A stretch of DNA of 64,000 nt from the NCBI GenBank assembly GCA_002633005.1, contig NMRA01000404.1:333394-397393 (forward strand), written 5' to 3'. This DNA is from Phoronis australis (Eukaryota > Animalia > Phoronida). The notes under the pieces are model-generated. The model was not told the DNA's origin and searched no databases. It saw nothing but the letters and a program-made list of their open reading frames with translations. The first letter of the stretch is position 1. Each line of letters starts with the position of its first letter. The position numbers and the translations under genes are program-made. This document shows, one piece after another, positions 57,001 to 64,000 of this stretch.

Positions 57001-59137
57001 TATTCATTGCTGGCTTCTGAAAACATTTGCACTCACGAACACTCTAAGGCATTACAAATTGTATCTAATGAGACAGACTTTGTTTCAGTTTTATATAAGC
57101 ATAGGTTAGGGTGAGAATAATTCATTTTGAATCAGAACGCACAATAATAAACGTCAACGTGGCAACTCGCAATCCCGACTTAGACGAGTGCTGATCCGAC
57201 GAAGACTTCACAGGGCGATCGTTAGGTTTCACAGGCTATCAGTTCGGACAGGAATACGCTGATCAAGAAAATAGAGAGACTCCGTGAACGTGTACAGACA
57301 ACGGAACATATGGATAGTTCCGAATACCGTTTGAATGACTTGTCGTGGTGTCAGTGAGCTTACTGCACGATAATGGAAACGACCGACGCTTGCGTTTGCC
57401 GCCACGAAATTCCGCCAGTGAAACACCTTGGAGAAGGGCAGATGTATCACACGGACCATCCTGATTTTGAAACGCATCTAAACAGAGGTGTGCTTACAAC
57501 GTTTTTTAGGGCTGAGAAAAAGAACTGGTGAAAACACCCTACATCCAGAGGACCAAAAATAAACCTCACGAACGAGTCAGTTATCAAACTGGTTATATAA
57601 AACGTTATGTTCTCACGCCTTGAATTAAGTGCAATTGTTTTATGTTTTCGTGGCCAACTACAATTATCCATAGCTCCACAGTCAAAAACTGATCACCAAC
57701 CGATCCAACAAAATGCAGGCCACTGACGGACAGACAAGGAGATGTTTCACGGCCTCATACTTGGTATTAACGGCCTACTTTTCACTGCCGCGAGCCACTT
57801 CCGAAGCATTATGGGCTCTCGAGGAAACCGAAAAAACGATATACCCGCTTTCCTCGCAGCTTCATAGTTCGCACAAGCGGGAACCATACACCACATCATA
57901 GCGGCACTCACTCTGCAGAAGAACAACTGATGTCGCTGCGTCGTTTCTCACCTTCCTCACGGGTTAACACGACACCTCTCGGCGAGGTAAGATCGACCGT
58001 ATACGAGGTGATGTGGATATAGACCGAATAAGACGGTAAAAAAGACTAACTAAATCGGGTGGCATTCTCCTTTAAGAATTAAATTACGAGCCAAATTTTA
58101 CACCTTAAAAATCAAATCACGAGCGTAATTTACGCGATCGTAATTAACGACATTATGATTCGTAATTATGAGCGTAATTTTACGGTGACACATCCCTTAA
58201 ACGGCCCATCATAATAAACGTTCGGCTCACTTCTTGGAAAGTTAAAAATTTCTGCACTTTGAACCCCTGCCGTTTGCACAAGACTTTCCTCTAAAATCCA
58301 TCTGATAAACGGTGCATTTCTCTTTCAAAGACCCATATCTGAAACTGACATAAATAGCCTATAACCAGGGGATTTCCCGGAACTTAAAATCATTTTCAAA
58401 GTAGAATATTATACAAACCTTGGCAAAACATTTGATCTTCATTGAAAACACAAACTCTATCGTTGGGACACTTAAGACTACAGGGGGCCTTGTCGTCGCA
58501 CAAGGTTCCTTCATACCGGTGGGGACAACTACAACGAAGAGTGCTGTTGGAAAATGCAACACATTCGCCGCCATTGCTGCACTTAAGATTACAAGTAGTA
58601 TTACACAGTTCACCTCCCCAATATTTTTCGCACTCACATTTGTACACCACAGTGGCTTTATTATTGTACGTCAGTGTAAGGAACCTCTAGGCATTGTCCG
58701 TGTATACAAGGATAACCCCCACACAGCGGGTATCCAGACGTCAAGGCGTTCTGCGAGAAAACTTTACTCGGGCTCCGGGAAGAGTTTGCACCAAAGCTAC
58801 ACAGAGCCCCTCTCTTCGACGGTGAACAGATGCAGCGAAACGAACATCCATCTTCCAACAACACGCACGTGCCTCCATTCATACACCCCGGTGTTGAGCA
58901 TGGGTTGCCAAACAAGCACAACCTGCTCGTGTTCGTGGGGCGACCCACATCATTGGTAGCGCCAAAACGTATGTTCGTTTCACTTTCTTGATCTTTCACA
59001 GGGGATTGTCCATTTGTAGTGGTACCGCTTTTCGTTATACTATTATCTGCCGGCATAGTTTGCCGCCGTCTTTGCACGATTTCAACTTCTGTAGCTCTGA
59101 GAGGCGTGACCAAACATAGGGGTAAGTGCCCGGTCAC
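45090..59137 (-). CDS. EGF-repeat / single-TM / TIR-domain receptor-like gene; frameshift in the EGF exon as assembled; 5' end unresolved
   Basis: Exons: about 59096-58419 (S/T-rich stalk, three EGF-like modules and one partial), 48224-48069 (TM: WIILACCLFVLLSCSMGFLALG then RWMYRRR), 47165-47022 (YDAFVSY..FV..L..YKLCLHFRDFVPG), 45514-45090 (IADNIIHAIEQSRRTVLIVSTDYVESEWCRLEY..IIPIMF..YIKWP..FWKLLILSMP). All three junctions are GT-AG phase 1 and in frame. Confidence 0.8.
45746..45820 (+). mobile_element. Degenerate tRNA-derived SINE head; similar heads at about 40165-40238 (+) and 36180-36250 (-)
   Basis: A-box-like gtggccaagtg and B box gggttcgagtccc; no intact cloverleaf. Confidence 0.55.
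48500..48920 (-). mobile_element. Dispersed repeat with a tRNA-like segment; copies at 60000-60296 and 61250-61570, related pieces at 63340-63720
   Basis: Near-identical blocks (gatacaaccgtgtaa.tacccataaagttatctcac.., ttcgaacccg.gcctcaagagtt.cgagtcgccgactttaccactacacc). Minus strand shows GGTGTAGTGG..GGTTCGAAT boxes. Confidence 0.7.
49990..50876 (+). mobile_element. Penelope-like retroelement remnant (RT C-terminal half and GIY-YIG endonuclease), degraded
   Basis: Across frameshifts: QQHGCAVGSPVSP, YMEEFE, WLRCADDTF, VYKKPTHT..YLPFDSNHPLVHKLGVIKSL, YVTIPHILGISDRVK, YIGETKQALKSRIYQH, SAVFSHL..HDF..VEILDSEEDW. Confidence 0.9.
50877..54388 (+). mobile_element. Degraded Gypsy LTR retrotransposon with integrase upstream of RNase H (Gmr1-like); RT core apparently deleted
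   Basis: AVTTRAQA linker. Integrase pieces GHLGVKKTSDRIT, EPFERMEIDLIGPI, YILTVGDFATR, ILSDRGT.FT.ELMKEV, DWDWYLPAVLF, GFSPF, KLSLQWKGTY..FHANLLKAY (about 52000-52990). Then RT-thumb/RNase H pieces AFKKLKQALGSSPILRVADF..FTVRTDA, EKQCLAIVFAFKRFQFYLHG..FVVQTDQKPL, NVCADC (about 53160-53640). Confidence 0.88.
53691..54388 (+). repeat. Probable 3' LTR of the Gypsy element
   Basis: Follows RNase H and a purine-rich tract; TG..CA ends (cgtgaca at 54388); TATAAATA at about 53975; AATAAA at 54281. No 5' LTR is available for comparison. Confidence 0.6.
56141..58071. mobile_element. Kolobok-like DNA transposon, non-autonomous and decayed, 1931 bp
   Basis: Perfect 15-bp TIRs AGGAGAATGCCACCC / GGGTGGCATTCTCCT, each flanked by TTAA (56137-56140, 58072-58075). 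Internal Cys-rich pseudo-ORF at about 57300-57530. Confidence 0.8.
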
Positions 59138-60296
59138 TAATGATGTCAGAGTATTCGTGGTTTAAGTTGCTTCTGTTTTCTGAGCATACATGTCAGAATC
59201 TTACATGGATGTTAGCCGTTACTACTGTCGACACCTCGTAATCAAATTGTAAAACTATTCCTAATAGTTGGTTAGTTGGCTGCCCCACCTGGTGGTCAAA
59301 TATTAAAGCTATCCAAGGTGACAGATAGTTGGTTAGTTGGTTGACATCCAACATCCAATAGCTGCCCCACCTGGTTGTCAAACGGCAAGACGGTGCAAAA
59401 GAATATATGGAGTGGAGTTTGGATGATGTCTCGGCCACAACAGGGGGCAATTAGTTTAATTGGACGAGAACCAACTACCAGTGTCTGTTGTATCAAAATA
59501 GTCCATTACATGCAGTATGCCCGTTATTTAGTTGATGGGGCCCAAGTACTCCTGTCCGTTGCATCAAATATAGTCATATACACAGAGTATGCCATTTATT
59601 TAGTAGATGGAGTGTTGGTACCCAAACTTTGTCTCAGTAACAAATATAAGAAAATGCCCGTTATTTAGTAGATGACGTAGGATCCGAGTTCAGACAACTG
59701 ACACTTCCTATATACAGTGCTGATCAAATCGAGCACCAAATGCAAAATTCGAGCCTGTGAACAGCAGAATGTTAATTGTTGTGCACAAATAAATACAGGG
59801 TATGTAGGTGCACAAGTCAACAGCTACTCCACCAACCTTGTGTGACATTAGAAAATTCAAAAATCAAATTGTCTCCATATCTTTTTTTTCTCCATATCTT
59901 GATGTGTTTTTCCTAAGCCATGTCGTGCGCATAAGTAAATGTTTCAAGTTCACAATTTTCATAACGATAACGAAATTTAAACCACAATATCAGCATCGAA
60001 TGCCAGATACAACCGTGTAATTACCCATAAAGTTATCTCACTAGTGAGATAACATTTTGACGGGAAAGCGAGGCCGGATTCGAACCCGAGCCTCAAGAGT
60101 TTCGAGTCGCCGACTTTACCACTACACCACTAAGCGGGTGACGTCATCGAACGTGAAAATAGAATACTTAAATGAGCACGCAACAATCGCATATTCAGCA
60201 AAGGGCATTGTACCGACATTTATACGCTATGAAAAATAAGACGCATAATTTCCATAAAAATGATATCTCCAATTTGAATGCGGGCATCCTGTCGTC

Positions 60297-60368
60297 NNNN
60301 NNNNNNNNNNNNNNNNNNNNNNNNNNNNNNNNNNNNNNNNNNNNNNNNNNNNNNNNNNNNNNNNNNNN
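60297..60368. other. Assembly gap flanked by a 1.18-kb near-identical duplication (59118-60296 vs 60369-61546)
   Basis: Run of N; the two copies differ only by scattered substitutions and small indels. Confidence 0.9.
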
Positions 60369-62479
60369 GGGGTAAGTGCCCGGTCACTAATGATGTCAGA
60401 GTATTCGTGGTTTAAGTTGCTTCTGTTTTCTGAGCATACATGTCAGAATCTTACATGGATGTTAGCCGTTACTACTGTCGACACCTCGTAATCAAATTGT
60501 AAAACTATTCCTAATAGTTGGTTAGTTGGCTGCCCCACCTGGTGGTCAAATATTAAAGCTATCCAAGGTGACAGATAGTTGGTTAGTTGGTTGACATCCA
60601 ACATCCAATAGCTGCCCCACCTGGTTGTCAAACGGCAAGACGGTGCAAAAGAATATATGGAGTGGAATTTGGATGATGTCTCGGCCACAACAAGGGGCAA
60701 TTAGTTTAATTGGACGAGAACCAACTACCAGTGTCTGTTGTATCAAAATAGTCCATTACATGCAGTATGCCCGTTATTTAGTTGATGGGGCCCAAGTACT
60801 CCTGTCCGTTGCATCAAATATAGTCATATACACAGAGTATGCCCGTTATTTAGTAGATGGAGTGTTGGTACCCAAACTTTGTCTCAGTAACAAATACAAG
60901 AAAATGCCCATTATTTAGTAGATGACGTAGGATCCGAGTTCAGATAACTGACACTTCCTATATACAGTGCTGATCAAATCGAGCACCAAATGCAAAATTC
61001 GAGCCTGTGAACAGCAGAATGTTAATTGTTGTGCACAAATAAATACAGGGTATGTAGGTGCACAAGTCAACAGCTACTCCACCTACCTTGTGTGACATTA
61101 GAAAATTCAAAAATCAAATTGTCTCCATATCTTTTTTTCTCCATATCTTGATGTGTTTTTCCTAAGCCATGCCGTGCGCATAAATAAACGTTTCAAGTTC
61201 ACAATTATCATAACGATAACGAAATTTAAACCACAATATCAGCATCGAATGCCAGATACAACCGTGTAATTACCCATAAAGTTATCTCACTAGTGACATA
61301 ACATTTTGACGGGAAAGCGAGGCCGGATTCGAACCCGAGCCTCAAGAGTTTCGAGTCGCCGACTTTACCACTACACCACTAAGCGGGTGACGTCATCGAA
61401 CGTGAAAATAGAATACTTAAATGAGCACGCAACAATCGCATGTTCAGCAAAGGGCATTGTACCGACATTTATACGCTATGAAAAATAAGACGCATAATTT
61501 CCATAAAAATGATATCTCCAATTTGAATGCGGGCATCCTGTCGTCTCAATCCTTTGACTTGAGCATTATAGTGAAATACAACCAAGTAAGGTTTTCGAAA
61601 TTGTTCAGAGATTCCAAATCTTCAATTTGGCTATCACCATATTTGCAATTTAGTGGCTTGAGTTTTAATAAAAACTAATGACAAGTGTAGTTTTGTTTGC
61701 TGTGAAATGTCAAGTGTAGCTGCCTGTAATCTGGAAAGTTCACAATTAACTGAGAACTAATTAAGTTTCGCTGGCAATCAAAATCTACCACTGTTTTGGT
61801 AGACAGGAGCATTAAAATGAAATAACACAAACTGGTTTGAAACATATTTAAACCCATCGTTCCTTTGGAAAGTGGCCCATGGTCAAGTTAAAAACAAATT
61901 AACTAGTTAGTCGTTTTGTGATATTTAAAATAACAAGTTAAAACTACTCCCCACAGTCTCAGCTGCAACTCCACTATTGCCAGAGGGAACAAACTTGGGA
62001 AAAAATAACAAGCATCATTGTTGAGACAGCAGTGCTAGCTATTTCCTTTCCACTTCATTAGCTCAGATCTACATCAATACAAAGGGCGTGCTGAATAGGC
62101 ATCATAACAGTTGTCTAGGGCTTAGGGAATCTGAGAAGCGACCAGTGTAAGCGAAAAATTCTCCACATGAACTCATCAACTGTAGCAGCCAAGGACTGCT
62201 TCTCATTTTAAAATCATTTGAAAATGCCAAAAAAGCAAAATAGTTTGTATTTGATAGTGATTTTATTTTGGTTTTAAAACTGTTTCACTTTCAATTTTTT
62301 AATTGTTTAATAGCTGATATTTTCACAAACACCTGATATTTTTAATATTTTCCATTTTAATACAAAATATTTGCAAAATCGTTTTCTAAGATTTTCTTTT
62401 TGAACATGTTTTACTTTTCAAATAAATTTCTTTTCCTTTAAAAATATATTGCGTTCTTAGCAATCAAATTAAAATTTGC

Positions 62480-63130
62480 TATTGGATATTGGATGTCAAC
62501 CAACTAACCAACTATCTGTCCCTTTGTATAGCGTCATGATTTGGCAAACAGGTGGGGCAGGTATTGGATGTTAGATGTCAACCAACTAACTACATCTTAG
62601 CTGTATCTGCCAGTGATCGTTTGACCACCAGATGGAGTAGCTATTGGATGTTGGATGTCAACCAACTAACCAACTCTCTGTCCCTTTGTATAGCTTCATG
62701 ATTTGACCACCAGGTGGGGCAGCTGTAAGATGTTGGATATCAACCAACTAACTACATCATAGGTGTATCTGCCAGTGATAGTTTGTCCAGCAGGTGGAGC
62801 AGCTATTAGGTGTTGGATGTCAACCAACTAACCAATTATCTGTCCCTTCGTACAGCTTCATGATTTGACCACTAGGTGTAGCAGGTATTGGATGTTGGAT
62901 GTCAACCAACTAACTATCTGTCCCTTAGTATAGCTTCAAGATTTGACCACCAGGTGGGGCAGATATTGGATGTTGGATGTGAAACAACTAACCAAATATC
63001 TTTCCCTTTATAGCTTCACGAAGCTTTGTTGGATGTCAACCAACCACAAGGTGGAGTATGCTCGCTGGCTGTCATCCAAGTAAGGTGTACACCTAACTAG
63101 TTGGTTGACAACCATGTAAGAATCTGACAT
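62480..63130. repeat. Diverged 80-bp tandem array, about 7 units; inverted partial copies at 59193-59390 and 60443-60640
   Basis: Recurring attggatgttggatgtcaaccaactaac..tttgaccaccaggtggggcag. Confidence 0.88.
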
Positions 63131-64000
63131 ACCTCAGAGCGCCACCTCTTAGCTTTGTAAAATATCAATAAATCTTAAAACCGGAAGAAAGTGACATGGG
63201 TCGCTGCAGTTTGTGACGAAAAAATCGATGAATATTTAAAAATATGTTCAACAAGAAGAGAGTACTAAGTATACATTATTGCATGGCGAAGTCGTTAGGT
63301 CCCGTAATCTTGACCCCCGGCCGATAGGCTAGCTTGCAAAACATCTTATCATGCTGAGCTTGCACCGTGAAAATATCGTCTGCTAAAGTATGTTACTACT
63401 GATTACTGAGTATAAAGTCAAAGATTCCCGAAGACTTGTTACCCACATTTAAACTCGAGATCACGATTTACAAGTAAGGTCCATTTTTCTAGATATAGCT
63501 TCTGCTTTCGTCTGTGTCCCTCACGACCTTCTACTCCTCGAAAAAGCCATTGAGATTGATTCATTGCAATGTTTATCGTTCAGTATGTGGTACAAATAGA
63601 TTATTACTTTGCGTGTTCCCTGTCGTTATCCCCCTCATCTAGAGCCCTCGTGGATTGTATAAAAGTCTCCAAAATCCACGAGGTCTCTATATTACGGGGG
63701 ACAACGACTTTGGCATGTAATTTATATTTATTTTAAAGCATCGAAGAATATACAAAGAATGTGACTGTACTTTATATTTTAGCTGGATTGGCGTGAGCTT
63801 TCTTACATATTTTGACGATTTTCATTGTCCATGGTGGTAACATTGGTGGTCACCACATTTACAGTTTGGAGAGACATTATTAAAGTTGTACCTAAACTTG
63901 TCGGTGTTGAGGAAAAGACCGCATCTCAATCGGTACAATGCTACTCCGTTTTAGCGAGGCAACAAGAACTGTGTCAGAGAAACTGAGTTGTCAAAATCTT

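Noticed and set aside
59118-61546. 1.18-kb tandem duplication that could suggest exon or regulatory duplication
   Set aside because: The copies sit exactly either side of an N gap and differ by few changes, typical of unmerged haplotype contig ends.

Overview
Eukaryotic, intron-rich invertebrate genomic DNA. A lophotrochozoan (mollusc-like) source is my inference from gene and repeat content. Four multi-exon genes can be assembled by hand from GT-AG boundaries: (1) the 3' part of membralin/TMEM259 (+); (2) a 12-exon MFS oxalate:formate-antiporter-like transporter (+); (3) DLGAP5/HURP (-), whose promoter has a CCAAT + CDE/CHR layout; (4) a single-pass receptor joining EGF-like repeats, a TM helix and a TIR domain (-), with a frameshift in its EGF exon as assembled. 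The receptor's 10 kb intron holds a Penelope-like remnant, a Gypsy remnant with integrase-before-RNase H (Gmr1-like) order plus an LTR, and a TTAA-flanked Kolobok-like element carrying a decayed P2X7-ballast/KolX-like domain. Between genes lies a Helentron-type non-autonomous element whose 3' hairpin end is amplified 11 times. Minisatellites, MITEs and tRNA-derived SINE heads are common. Two duplications flanking N bases are probably assembly artefacts. All calls come from reading the sequence; no searches were run.
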